Shown: piece by piece, positions 13,651-26,802 of the stretch
Layout of the letters: every line of letters starts with the position of its first letter
Numbering within the stretch: position 1 is the stretch's first letter
Source: Lama glama
Lineage: Eukaryota
NCBI GenBank assembly: GCA_028534125.1
Contig: CM052818.1
Location: 35,900,001 to 35,964,000, forward strand
Direction: 5' to 3'
DNA length: 64,000 nt
Translations under genes and position numbers: made by a program
The notes under the pieces: generated by a model
Databases searched by the model: none
What the model saw: the letters and a program-made list of their open reading frames with translations, nothing else
What the model was told of the DNA's origin: nothing

Positions 13651-14400
13651 CCATATTTTCTCAATTCTAAAGATGCCTATTTTTCTTAAAATAATATTTT
13701 TAGGTTTCTGAAACTAGGAGAAGTATCAGAATTAATGTTCAAAAAACGTACCAGTAGCCAAGCAAAAGACTAAGTTGTGACGTACGTCACAGCTTGCCCA
13801 TGTGTTAACCTACGGGAAATACCCTTCTAGTGAAGGTATCTGTTTATCCAATTATGACCACAGTTGAGTTAACTGCACTGGTAAACTCACATACAGTGAA
13901 TTTTAAGCTCAATTTGAAAGTCTATTACTTGAAAATGTTTTGAGAAAGACTGAACTATGATAAAGTACTGAAATAAAAAGCTATTGTGATGCAAAAACTG
14001 TTGCAAGACAAGCAACAGCAATTAAAGGCAAGAGAAATTGCCCAGTCCCTCAAAATAGATCACAGAATTATCAGAGCTGGGAGACACTGGTGTGACCAAT
14101 TTACATTTCACAAAGTATTATCACCCAAGTGTTGGATATCTGTCAAAAGTTTCCAGCTGACTCAGAAATGAAGTTATTTAATTCACAGTTTATCTACAGA
14201 AAAACTGAAACTATGAGTTTAGCCAAAAAAGAAAAGCAGTTAAATTCCAAACATTTCTCATGTGACTCAAAACTATACTGACAATCATAATGTGTAAAAA
14301 AGCAAGCAAAGGTGAGGAAAATCAGTATGTCAGAATGTGAAAAAGGATTAGACTCATTCTTTTATTATGAATCCAAAGAGGATGGTATAGAAATTGTATG
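13651..14400 (+). mobile_element. TcMar-Tc2 (Kanga/MER104-like) DNA transposon fossil, internally deleted
   Basis: Terminus ccatattttctcaattctaaagatgc; ORF 13986-14171 QLKAREIAQSLKID...WCDQF resembles a pogo/CENP-B-type HTH. Confidence 0.7.
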
Positions 14401-15386
14401 GATAATTGTATGCTTCTGTCAGTTAATTTCTAAGGACTTTTAAAATAGTGTTTCTTCTTTTTTGAAAATACATTAAATCAATAGTATATATCACAATTCA
14501 GTTATGATACAGACTTTTATTCAGTTATCTGCTCATTAATTTCTGAGTAAAGGAAAGCAAGAACAGAGAAGTAGGAACAAAACCAAAGATATAATGCATA
14601 AAGATCAAACCCTTCCAAGATCCTAAAGGTTACTGTGATGCAGAAAAACACATGATGAAGTAAATACAACCCAGTGAAAAATAACAATGAGCTAAATAAC
14701 TAACTAGCAAATAACATAACCAAAAAACCTGGTAAAAGTAAAGGTGAACAACAGCAAATAGAAATAGCTAAGAAAAAGTGAATAAAAACAGGTCTTAATT
14801 CAGTTGCAAGAATATTAGAACTTATTAAAACTATGTTGTACCTGACCAAGATTCAGAATACCATAAGCCTGGATCAACCACCCTATCACTGCAACAGATT
14901 CCAGAGAATGAAAGCGAGAAGGGATGCACCAGACCGAACTGCCTGTTTATCATTATCAAGTGTTTGGACCACAGGCAACTAGGGACTCCTCTGCTTCAGT
15001 TACAGGTAAGCCTAATACCTGAAACACTTTGAACATGCCAAATGGTTTCTCGGCTTCTTTTACTTAGGCCCACATCTTAACCCACAGAAAAGAAGAAGGA
15101 GAAGATAATCAAGTATTTCCACAAACAGCTATGATGCAGAAACACGGATCTGAGTAATCCTTCTAGCTTATACAACCAGGAAAGTGGATAAAGCAGATTA
15201 AGCAACAGCTTTCAAATACTGGACAACGTCAAAGCAGGAGTGGGATCTCTGAGAAAAGGGAGAGAAAATGAGGTAAGCCCTACAATNNNNNNNNNNNNNN
15301 NNNNNNNNNNNNNNNNNNNNNNNNNNNNNNNNNNNNNNNNNNNNNNNNNNNNNNNNNNNNNNNNNNNNNNNNNNNNNNNNNNNNNN

Positions 15387-15618
15387 GGGTGGGAAGGGAT
15401 AGACTGGGATTTCAAAATTGTAGAATAGATAAACAAGATTACACTGTATAGCACAGGGAAATATACACAAAATGTTATGATAAATCACAGAGAAAAAAAT
15501 GTGACAATGAGTATGTATATGTCCATGAATGACTGAAAAATTGTGCTGAACACTGGAATTTGACACAACACTGTAAAATGATTATAAATCAATAAAAAAT
15601 GTTAAAAAAAAAAAAAAA
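15387..15618 (+). mobile_element. Young L1 3' end (5' part in 100-N gap)
   Basis: 3'UTR, aataaa and poly(A). Confidence 0.92.
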
Positions 15619-15760
15619 GCACACCAGAGAGAAGGGACCTGCATCACAGAGCTCTGGAAATCTGCAGGAGCCTCCCTTTAAGCCTTTGGCAGGTACTGTC
15701 ATCTGTGAGAGGAAACTACCTAAGGTTGGGGAAAGGACCAATGAAAAACAAATAGGCCAA

Positions 15761-16554
15761 TCATTCAAAAGCCCATGAACAATAAATGCTAGAGAGGGTC
15801 TGGATAAAAGGGAACCCTCCTACACTGCTGGTGGGAATGTAGTTTGGTGCAGCCATTATGGAAAATAGAATGGAGATTCCTCAAAAAACTAAAAATAGGC
15901 TTACCATATGATCCAGCAATCCCACTCCTGGGTATATATCCAGAGGGAACTCTAAGGCAAAAAGATACATGCACCCCAATGTTCACAGCAGCACTATATA
16001 CAATAGCCAAGACATGGAAACAACGTGTATGTTCATTGACAATGACTGGATAAAAAAGTTGTGGTATATTTATACAATGGAATATTACTCAGCCATAAAA
16101 GAATAAAATAATGCCATTTGTAGCAATATGGATGGACCTAGAGATAGTCATTCTAAGTGAAGTAAGCCAGAAAGAGAAAAAAATTACCATATGATATCAC
16201 TCTATATGTGGAGTCTAAGAAAAAAGAAAAAAAGAAAAAAAAGGACACCATGAACTCATCCATAAAACAGAAACATACTTGCAGATATAGTAAATAATCT
16301 TATGATTACCATGTAAAGGTGTAGGAAGGGATAAATCTGGGGGGTTGAGATTTGCAAATGTTAGCCACTATATATAAAAATAGATTTTTCAAGAAGTTTC
16401 TTCTGTATAGCACAGGGAACTATGTTCAATATCTTGTAATAATCTTCAATGAAAAAGAATATGAAAATGAATATATGTATGTATATGCATGATTGGGACA
16501 CTGTGCTGTACACCAAAAATGGACACATTATAACTGACTATACTTCAAAAAAAA
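15761..16554 (+). mobile_element. 5'-truncated L1 (ORF2 C-terminus and 3'UTR)
   Basis: [24 protein letters not shown] motif; TSD aaataggccaa at 15750-15760 and 16555-16565. Confidence 0.93.
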
Positions 16555-16565
16555 AAATAGGCCAA

Positions 16566-17246
16566 AGAGTTGAAACTGAAACTCATACAAGGGTAGGAAT
16601 AATTTGTATTCCCACCAAGTAGAACAGAAAGACCTCATAATACATGAGCCATTAAGTAAAGTCATCAAAAGGTATCAACTCTAAATTAGCTCTAGGGAAA
16701 AGGGCTGCTTTGGACCTACAGTACCAAAGCTTCCTTAAAACAAAGCAAGCCTCAAAAAAAAAAAATCAAAGTGATTTCAAAAAGTTTAACTGTATGCCAA
16801 AACTTAGACCAACATTATTTAAAGGAACACTACAAAATCCAACCCCAAACTACATAAAATTCACCATGTCTGACATTCAATGAAAATTTACAAAGCATAT
16901 AAATGAAAAGGAAAATATGCCCTCTACCCAAGAGAATAACAGATCAATAAAAACAGACACAGAACCAACAGAAATACAGAACTTGGCAGATAAAGATGTT
17001 AAAAGAGCTCTATAACTATGCTCAACATGCTCAAGAAGGCAGAGAAAGAGATGGCAGAAGTGAGAAGTGTAAGATTTTTCTAAGGCCCAAATTGAACTTT
17101 TATAAATGAAAAACACAATGTCTGAAATGAAAAATACACTGGATAGGATTAATAGCAAACTGGACAACTAATCTGAAAACAGAGCAATAAAAAATATTCA
17201 AAATGAAGCACAAAGGGAAAAAATACAGAAAAAGAGAAAGAAAGAA

Positions 17247-17314
<68 letters not shown>

Positions 17315-17910
17315 AACCACCAATAATTTGTAGCAATATATCAAATAATCAGGATCCAAAAACTAGAGGGAAGAAGATGATGGAAAAAATATTTGGAGAA
17401 ATATTGGGCAAAATTCTCTCAAACCATAAAACCCACAGATCCAAAAGGCTCAACAAAATAAAAGAAGGATAAACAAAGAAAACCACACTTAGAGATATCA
17501 TAATTAAATTGTTGAAAACCAGTAATTAAGAAAAAAATGTTAAAAGCTGATGGAGTTGAGGAAAAGGACTCATTATGTACAGAAAAACATACACTTCTCA
17601 TCAGAAACCATACAAATGAGAAGTCAATGGAGTGACATTGCCAAGTACCAGAAGAAAAAAAACTGCCAGCCTAAAATTCTACACCCAGTTAAAATATATT
17701 TCCAAATGAATGTGGAAATGTTTTTAGACAAAGGTTGAGAAAAATCCATTACAAGATGTGCACCTGTTTTAAAGAAATGTTCTTTAAAGAGAAAGAAAAG
17801 AGTATCATATCCAAAATCTGGATCTACATGAGTATCAGATCCAAATGTAGATCTACTCAAAAGAATGAAGAGTACTAGGAACACCAGTAAATGTATTAAT
17901 AGATGAAAAG
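16566..17910 (+). mobile_element. Old L1M 5'UTR/ORF1 remnant, host of the two younger L1s upstream
   Basis: Decayed ORF1 motifs (FSSETIQMRSQWSDI, CQPKILHPVKIYF). Confidence 0.75.
17236..17316. repeat. (GAAA)n microsatellite
   Basis: Seen directly. Confidence 0.97.
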
Positions 17911-18353
17911 ACATCTTTGTCTAAGGTTTTAATTTCTGGGTTTTTTTCTCTCAGTTGTCTCAATTTCAAGAAAAATCTGTGCTTACAGTAGAAACTAAAA
18001 AAGTAATCCCCCCAAAAGAATCTCACTCCCTTGAAGTAAGATACTCATACTGATTTCATAATATTAACTAGGCATATTTCCATCTTTTTATAATCTCTAG
18101 AACAGTTTCTCACCACAGGAATTATATGTTCCTTGAAAGCTAGAAAAAAACTCACTGGCAAAATGATCTGGCCCCAGAACCAATTTTTTGAGAAAATTCC
18201 TTGAACTTTCATCCATAGTTTTTGTTTACCCAGATTTTCGTCTTCTTAAAGCAGTTTGAGTATTTCACAATTCATTTTAGAGATTTTAAATAAACTGGTG
18301 AAGGGTTACTAAACAGAGCTCTCTTAGAATTCTAAAAATCTCTTTTCAATTTT

Positions 18354-18536
18354 GTTGTTGTTGTTGAGTAAAAGTAGATTTTTTTCAGAGAGATGCATAC
18401 TCCATAGACCAAGTGTAGGCCATCTCAAAAGCCAGAGAGGCCAAGAGGTGGGAAGGGGGTGGGGGTTAAAGTAAAAGTAGATACACATCTGTAGACAGAG
18501 TCTGGGCCATCTCGGAAGATAAGGGAGTGAGAGGCC
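18354..18536 (-). mobile_element. Short dimeric retroposed element, LTR R-region-like
   Basis: 15-bp TSD tctcttttc(a/t)atttt at 18339-18353 and 18537-18551; (CAA)n tail on minus strand; internal duplication. Confidence 0.7.
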
Positions 18537-19744
18537 TCTCTTTTCTATTTTTGTCTCCTTTATTCTTTCTTACTTTGGTTTTCTATCTTTTCCTTGATAA
18601 GATCAGTCAGATATTTACTTTGTTTTTTAACCTTAAGAAATAGCTCTTAGATTTTTAAATCCTATAGTTTCTGTTCAATTCACCTGTTTCTGCTTTTATC
18701 TTACTTATATCCTCCCTTCGTCCTAGGCACTTATTTTGCTGTTTTTATTTGTTTGTTAAACTAAATTCAGAGGCTGAGTATATTTATTTCTTTTTTAAAT
18801 ATCAATTTTCTAAGCTCCGTATCAGTCTTTGCCTGAGTCTCATTTCAGCTTGCTAGATAATCAGTTATTGTATATTTGATTTCTTGTTTGAGTCAATATT
18901 TTTAAAGAATATTTTCTTTGATTTTTCCAAGTGGTTGGGGTAGTACATTTTAAACTGCTGTTGCAGTGAGAGATTGGACATGTGTAGCTTCAGCTTTTCT
19001 GGAACTTACTGAAGTTTTCCTTTGTGGCTTAGCCTAAACTTTTTTTCATGTTGCACAGTCAACTGAAAAACGATACTTAATCCTAAATATAAATGAAAGC
19101 CTTATATGTAACTAAATAAACCACATTACAAGCAATGCAGGTCTTACACTATAATTCTTCATGCTTTCCATTTTTACTAATATTAATTGCATCATACGAC
19201 ATTAAGAGTAAGGACAAAAATTCTCAATTTTGCACCTAATTTTATGTTTACATTGCTAGACATGTAATAGGCAGAATGTTTCTTAATAATGTAAGGAATT
19301 TTTAATTTCAAGGAATGTGCAAAAATTCTTGAAAATATTAATAGCTATTAAAATTCATTTCCATGTTCATTTTTAATTGAACACGTTAAAGTGATAAAGT
19401 ACTTGAAAGTCACTCCATATCAAACACCATTTTCAAAACCAATCAAAGCATTCCTCCTTCCTCTCTAAAATAGTAAAATGTGGTTTGGCTAGCATGTTTG
19501 AACTATGACTTTTCTTATATGAGACACTATAATCCAACTAATATATACTTGTGACTACAATAACATTCACAAGCTCTATATCATAAAATTATACTGAACT
19601 AGCAAAATCCCTAAATCCATGGTTCTCCCAAATCTATGCTTTTGCAACTTGTTTAAACCAGAATCCGCTTCCCTTTTTGATTCTGATTAAAAATAAGTTT
19701 CTGAACTCAAGCTTTTGGTTTCACCCCAAGATACAGATGGAGGA

Positions 19745-19932
19745 ATCCTGGCTCTGCTGTGAGTTAATTTCAAAGTACACCTTATTAAGATTCAATTTCC
19801 TTATACATAAAATAGATGTAATAGTAGTTAACACTTCTCAGGGTTACTGGGATTGTATCTGAAAAAAAAAAGTGTCTATCACAGTATCTGATGCATAGTA
19901 AATATTAAATATTAGCTATTACTATTATTATT
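19745..19932 (+). mobile_element. MIR SINE
   Basis: caatttccttatacataaaatag...ctcagggttactgggatt...ttagctattactattatt. Confidence 0.7.
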
Positions 19933-21584
19933 TTTGTTTTCTTCATAGCAGCTTTCTTTTAAATTCAATGAATCCATACTCTATAACTGACCACATTATC
20001 TATGCCCCCACATTTAAGATCATCTTCAGAACAATAAACGTGTTAATGCCTTTACCAACTAACTGATAACAGATGTTAAACTGACTGCCTCTCAACTACG
20101 CTTTATCTTGCATATCACCTTTTGGTTTCCATAGCATCCAGGTGTAGTTTGGAAAATATTTCATCTTATCACTCAAAGCTTTCATGATCAGATAGGAGAG
20201 TGAGTTTCTGTCACACACATTTATTTTATTTGTCAAAAAATCTTTTATTTCTTATGAATAAACTATAGCTCAACAAAGCAAACTCTTCTTCTTTAACACA
20301 CTCTAGTAATTGGTTATTCAATTTTAATAGCTATGCCCTTCAATAATTACAACTGTCATTTGGAAAGTGAAAGAAATTCTTATGCCTCTACAACCTTTAG
20401 TTTCCAAATAGTTTAATATAATTTTAAAACCACCATTAAAGATATGTTAAAAGCTGGTTTTAGTTTATTGCTATACAAAATAATAAGCATCTGGGCTGCA
20501 GGGAGGAAGATGGTGAAGGACAGAAAAATAGCACTTTTAACTTGCTATGCCAAGTCTTCAGATGGTCACCTTCCATAACCTTCAGGAAAAGACTGTCCAT
20601 AATTATGACCCATCTCTTTCTCTTGAGGGAAAACCCAAAAATTTTCCTTCTTACTGGAGCCTATATGCCTCCTTTCATCAAACTTAGCATGCTTACTTTA
20701 TCATAATGTACTTTGCCACTGGCCAAAGAGCAATTTTTAAAAATCCATGGAGCTGGGGCAAGTCACATTTTCGCCTAAATTGTTCCCACCCGCAATAGAG
20801 AAGTATTCCTTTGGCATCCAACTCTCTCAGTAATCTTTCCCAAACTCAGACAGAAACTATTATAAATGCCTTACAGAGAACACAGAGATTATTCATTAAA
20901 CCACCATAACACATTATCAACAGGTTTTCCCACCTGCCCCAAGCCTAGGACTTCTTAAAGTAATTAAGCCATATCTGCCTCTCCCCATTTAAAAAATTAA
21001 AGAAGAATGATTTTTAGACAAAATTTTGAAGTATCTTTCTCTTAAACCAAATATTTACTAGATACATACTATGTGTTAAACAGTGTGCTTAAGTGCTTTG
21101 CCTAATTTTATCTCATGCAGCCTATTTAAAGTCAATGAGCTGTAATTATACAACAGGTGTGGGGGTTGGGGAAGAAAGTAATTTTATCGAAGAGTCACAA
21201 AGAAATTCAGCAAATAAGAGCAAAAAAAATTAACAAGTGATTGAAAGTAAAATGAACCATGAATAGGCTGCTTACAGATGGAGGGTAAATATAATTTGGG
21301 AAAAAAACGAGAAGCTGTTAACAATGCATTTTATTCTTTGATTTCTGGCTGCATACTGACTTAATTCTTAGTCTTTCAGTGAGTACCTCGTCTTTATAAA
21401 GAAGTAAACTTGACTGGACTCTGGATTCCCTAAATATTAAGACAACTTCAAAATCAAAATTACAAACTGGTATTTAAAAGTTTAACTTCTAGCCAGCACA
21501 CTAAGACAAAAGAAATAAAAGGTATAAGGATTAGAGTGGAGAGATTAAAAATAAAATGTTATAAGGAGAGATATAAAACCTAGA

Positions 21585-21755
21585 GAAGCACAGACTGCAG
21601 GGCCTGGATTCAAATCCCAGCCCTACACACACCAGCCAGGCAACTTCAGGCAATTTAACATCTGCTTCACTGGCGCTCTTACAAGGATCTAATGGGTTAA
21701 TATGTGTAAGTGCTTGGAATAGAGCCTGGTAAACAGTAAGCACTACATAGTAACA
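21585..21755 (+). mobile_element. MIR SINE
   Basis: cctggattcaaatcccagccctac...tgtaagtgcttggaatagagcctgg. Confidence 0.75.
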
Positions 21756-21950
21756 CTGTTCTTGATAGACGATATGATTTTCTATATAGAAAACCCAAAA
21801 GACTCAAGAAATTATTAGAAATAAACACTCAGCAGGATGCTAAATACAGAATTCAATTATATTCTTATAAGCCAACAAAGAGAAAAATGCAAATTCATGG
21901 ACCTCTTACAGAAATTTTCAAAAAAGCTTAGAGAATAATATCAAGAATTA

Positions 21951-22650
21951 GGAAAAGAGTATGGAGGTTTCTCAAAAAACTAGAAACAGAACTAACATAT
22001 GATCCAGTAAGTCCACTCCTGGGTATATATACCTGAAAAAAACAAAAATACTGATTCGAAAAGATACATGCACCCTAATGTTCATAGCAGCACTATTTAC
22101 AATTGCCAAGATATGGAAGCAATCTAAGTGTCCATCAACAGATGAGTGGATAAAGAAGATGTGGTAAAATATGCAACAGAATACTACTCAGCCATAAAAA
22201 AGCATGAAATAATGAAATTTTGCCATTTGTAGCAACATGGGTGGACTTGGAGGGCATTATGCTAAGCGAAATAAGTCAAAGAAAATACTGTATGATTATC
22301 ACTTATATATGGAATATAAAAAATACAACAAATGTGTGAATACAACAAAGCAGCAGACTCACAGATATAGAGAAAAAACTAGTGGTTACTGGTAGGAAGA
22401 GGGAAGGCAGGGACAAGACAGAGGTAGGGGATTAAAAGGCTGTTAGGTATAAAACACTTAATAGGTATTAAATAAGGTACACACTATTAGGTACAAAATA
22501 AGCTATAAGGATATATTATACAACATGGGGAATACAGCAATATTTTTATGACAATTATAAATGGAGTATAATCTTTTAAAACTGTGAATTACTATATTGT
22601 AACTTATATAATAGTATAATCAACTAAACTTCAATTAGAAAAAAACAAAA
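21951..22650 (+). mobile_element. 5'-truncated L1
   Basis: ORF2 C-terminus and 3'UTR; TSD caagaatta at 21942-21950 and 22651-22659. Confidence 0.88.
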
Positions 22651-22689
22651 CAAGAATTACACCACCACCACCACCCTCCAACACCCCAA

Positions 22690-23700
22690 GTGCCTAGCTT
22701 AAACAATGATCAACTCATGGCCAATCTTGTTTCATCCATACTCACAGCCTCCCCTCTACTCCAGACGATAATGAAGCAGACCTCAGACATATCTGCGCAT
22801 CCATCAAAATTTCTATATGTATCTCTACAAGATAATGACTTTTTCAATATAACTACCTGCTGTTATCTATCACACCTAAAAATTAATAGCAATTTCTTAA
22901 TATCAAATATCCAGTCTTCAAATTTCCCTGATTATTTTATAAAATTTATTTATTAAAATCTGGACCGAAATAAAGTCCAAACATTGCTATTAATTTCAGT
23001 TTTCCTCCCTCATTTCTGTTTTTTTGTTCCTTACAATTTATTCGTTCGAAACAAAACAAACCAAAACAAAAAACTTGTGTGTCCCAAGGACTCCTTCATA
23101 GCCTCGATTCTGCTAACTGCATCCCCATGGTATCATTTCATTTGTTTCCCTGTCTTGTTTCCTGTAAACTGGTAGTTAGAGCTAGAGGCTTGATCAGATT
23201 CAGGTTCAAGTTCAATCTGGGGGGCAAGGATACTTCATAGATAGTATTGTGAATTTTCATTAAGAGAAACCTAATGTCTAGTTGCCTTTCTTTCTTCTGT
23301 GCTGTTAGCAGCCACTGATGATCTTTGCTTAGGGTCCAGGAATTCACTATGATACGGTGATGTTCTATTTATCACCCCTTAACTGTAACTAGAATACTAA
23401 TAATTAGAATACTCCTGAGAAAAGAAACTTTCTCTCTTCCACTATTTGGTTACCTTCAGGTACAGTTGGTTACTTAGCACACTCCAAAGAAAACTAATGA
23501 GTTTTTTAAAGTATCATTATGAACTCATGGGTTTAAATATATTTGATGTGACTGCTTATATTGCAAGTATACTACTAATGCTCAAAGCATCTCACCTTTG
23601 GCCAGACAGAGCCCATTCAATTAGGCACCTTTGTTGTTTTGCCACACCCCATTAGTGTTTGATAACTTCCTTGCAAGATGTTCAAGGCTCCAGATATGGA
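22690..23700 (-). mobile_element. Old L1 (L1MC-like) 3' region
   Basis: atcaactcatggccaatcttgtttcatc; gagctagaggcttgatcagattcaggttc. Confidence 0.7.
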
Positions 23701-24319
23701 TTGAATTCAACAAGTTTCTTTCTTATTCTTTATCTCCACTAAATTAAGAACGTCTAATTCTAATTATAAATCAACTGTGTTATACATTTTGGATATTATG
23801 ATTGAACATGGACCTAGAATTTATAGAAATATTTCCTTCTCAAGTCTACTTTCAGCATTCCACTGAATGCCCCCCCCCAAAAAAAATCCCACCCAAAATT
23901 GGATGTTAAATGCTTCAATTAGATAAGAGCAAAAAGATTCCTAATCCAGTCTCTGCTAGCATTAGGGCTCTGGAAAGTATTTCTTCATGTTCTATTTCAA
24001 AATTTAGCTGTGGTTTTTAAACATGTACAATAAAAATTCATTGTTTTTCCTTTGATAAATTAATAAAATCCAATGTGGGGAAATGGTCAAATTATTAGAG
24101 AAGAATTATTTTGTACCATAATTTAGACTTTTAAAAAATCCTTATACATTAAAACTCATGATACTATGAATATGGAGTTCTGTAATCTGACGATTTGAAA
24201 AAGTAAATGTAAGTTTAAGCACCCTTGAAATCACAGAAATGGGATTATCAGCGGTAAAGAACTATTTATCTTATTTTACTAAAAAACAAATTAACAGACA
24301 TGTAAAGCCCTGTCACACT

Positions 24320-25010
24320 ACACAGCCTGCACACATCACTGTGGAAAAGCAGGATTCTATACCTGCTGACCATTTCTTCACAAAATCCTGAAAACTGCTG
24401 ACATCCACAATTTCTACTGTTTTCTTCAACATTAAATCACAAAGAGAAATCACATTACTGAATGCCAATTCTTCTCCCTGAAAAAAAGCAGGATATAAAT
24501 TGATATCCTTTCCTACAATTAAAGTTGTTAGGCTTTGATCAGAGGAACCAGGTAACAATTTTTCCAGGTAACAGCAATTTTTCCAGGTAACAATAGCTTA
24601 AAAAAAAACACCACCCACCATCACTATGAACAAAACAAAGTAACAACAAAAACCTCTCTGTTAGTGTGGATTTCTCAGTGATAATCAGTATCACTTCCAT
24701 ATGAAGTGCTGGTATGTCCTCAGCACATCAGTGCTTTCATCCAACTGAAAAACAGAAATTCTGCTAGCATGCACATGACAGTAATTGCTTTTCCAGATGG
24801 TATGCCTTTGATAAGGGATTTTTGCCAAAAGCTCATTTTACTTTCTCTCCAAGCATAATATTTGTCATTAATGTTGAAACTGGTTTGACAAGCTTCTCAG
24901 TAGTAATGTGAGTTGACCTGTTTTTTGCGATGAGGGTAACTGCAAATGATACTTCAGTAGTGTGGTCTTCTCTATTGTTGGCAAGAATGTGCACCAATCT
25001 CACATTGAAA
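24320..25010 (-). mobile_element. hAT-Charlie/Buster-type transposase fossil
   Basis: ORF 24833-25057 TEVSFAVTLIAKNRSTHITTEKLVKP...IMLGEK and downstream QLDESTD (cagttggatgaaagcactgat on minus strand), characteristic of ZBED5/Charlie-like transposases; frame disrupted. Confidence 0.78.
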
Positions 25011-26802
25011 AGAATTATCTTATATAATTTTATACACATTATTTCATTTTTCATCACAAGTTTAAAAATTAACTATTCTAGAAAAGGAAAACTAAGACAG
25101 AAACATTAGTCAATTCCTCTGGGTAGCATGAAAGTAGTAGAGCCAAGCTTGTGCTCTTTCCATCGTATCACAGAGTAATACCTGTTCCCTCAATAGATCT
25201 TGTTGAAATTTATTTTCAAATGTTTTCTTGAGTCCAAACAAAACATTGCTAGAAGGTACCATTTTAATTTAATGTAAACTATAATCCAAAACATAACCTT
25301 ACAACTGTTCTAGGGCCTTAGTATTGATTTTATTTTATTACCCCCTCCCAAAAAACCCCACAAAATCCCACAATCTCAAAATCTAAAAATCCTCTTCAAA
25401 AAACTGTATGAGAAAATATTGTCAAAATGCATTATATAAAACTTCCAAGCACAAGTTTGTGAAATTTTTACTTTTCTTCATGTTTGAAAGGAAAGTGACA
25501 AATAGGGACTATCATGCTGTGATAGCTTGCAAATGGGAGATACAAGAAACTGATGAATTAGAAATCCCTAATGTAAGAATTTAAGCAACCGAATTTGGCT
25601 ATAGGACACTTTCACAAGTAGAACCATAACTAGTTAACAACCACAACCAATTAGTCAGCAAATTCAATTGATCAGAACTTCCTATTCTCTAAACTTAACT
25701 TCTTCAGTTGATATCTGAATATAAAACTTAACTATATTACTTAGACAGGAATACTAAACTACGATTTTATGTGCTCATTTTATAATTGCTTTTAAATGGT
25801 TTTCAGATGAGAGTATTCTCCCGAGCCCCAGAGTAAACGCGAGAACAAAATGAAAGTAATAATCCTAGTAGTAAGTGATACATTTTTCTTAAGAGTTTCG
25901 TCTTCTCTATATCCTAGCTAGATTAATTTACAAACTCAATAATGTATACAGAGAACCAACCAACTCTGTCCCCTAAAATAGTGATCTTTCCATACTTCCC
26001 GCCTATTTGGAAAAATATAATTAAAAGGAAAATATTTTGTTTTTAAATGAACACCTAGCTAACTATACCCTGTTTGGAATTTATATGAATTTTACAAAAA
26101 TGGAGAGCACTATGTTTGTTTTCAGTCGATACCATGTTTCCTTTTATTGCTTTCAATTGTTGCTTTCAATTGTCTTATATAGTCTTTAAAAGGGAGATCT
26201 GTCCCATGATTTCGAAGTGTCACTTGACTCTTTAATTACATATCTGGCTTATCTAGTCCAAATAAACTAACCTATCAGATCCCAAAGGTCCTACAGGGAC
26301 AGTCTTAGGGAATATAAGTGACACTTCTTGGTGAACAGAAAGCCATTAACAAGTTTAGGAGAACAGGAAAGAGGTTTCCAAATCAAACTAAAGGACAATC
26401 ACTAAGATCTCTTGTATCATGTAAGCACACTGTGTTAGAGTGCTAAATTCAATTGCTCATCTCAGAAGGTCAAGACATAAATAAAATAATTATTAAATTG
26501 ACATTTATTTATTTATCCCCATTCTTCTATACTGCATCTTAACCTGCACTCAGTATGTAATTCTTATAACTGACATGCTTTCCTAATTATAAAAATTACC
26601 TCCCCTTAAAACTCTGAATTTCTTCTCAGGTTTGGGGGAGGAAATAGGTGGTGACGGGGGCGGTGGGGATATGAACTCTTCCCTAAAAGCTAACCATTCC
26701 AACATAAAAACTTTTAAACTTCTGAAATCTATATAGATAGATAACAATATTATAAAATGACTGCCAAGGAGTCAAATTAAAGTAAAACTGTAGCTCAAAT
26801 AC

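Noticed and set aside
17100..17472. KERK-rich and FFLS-rich ORFs
   Set aside because: Translations of the (GAAA)n microsatellite.
22027..22052. Minus-strand tttttgtttttttcag|gtatat recursive-splice-like site
   Set aside because: By-product of an antisense L1 A-tract; weak donor and lineage-specific.
26147..26172. 13-bp tandem duplication, and an 18-bp-period one at 29337-29370
   Set aside because: Ordinary slippage duplications with two copies only.
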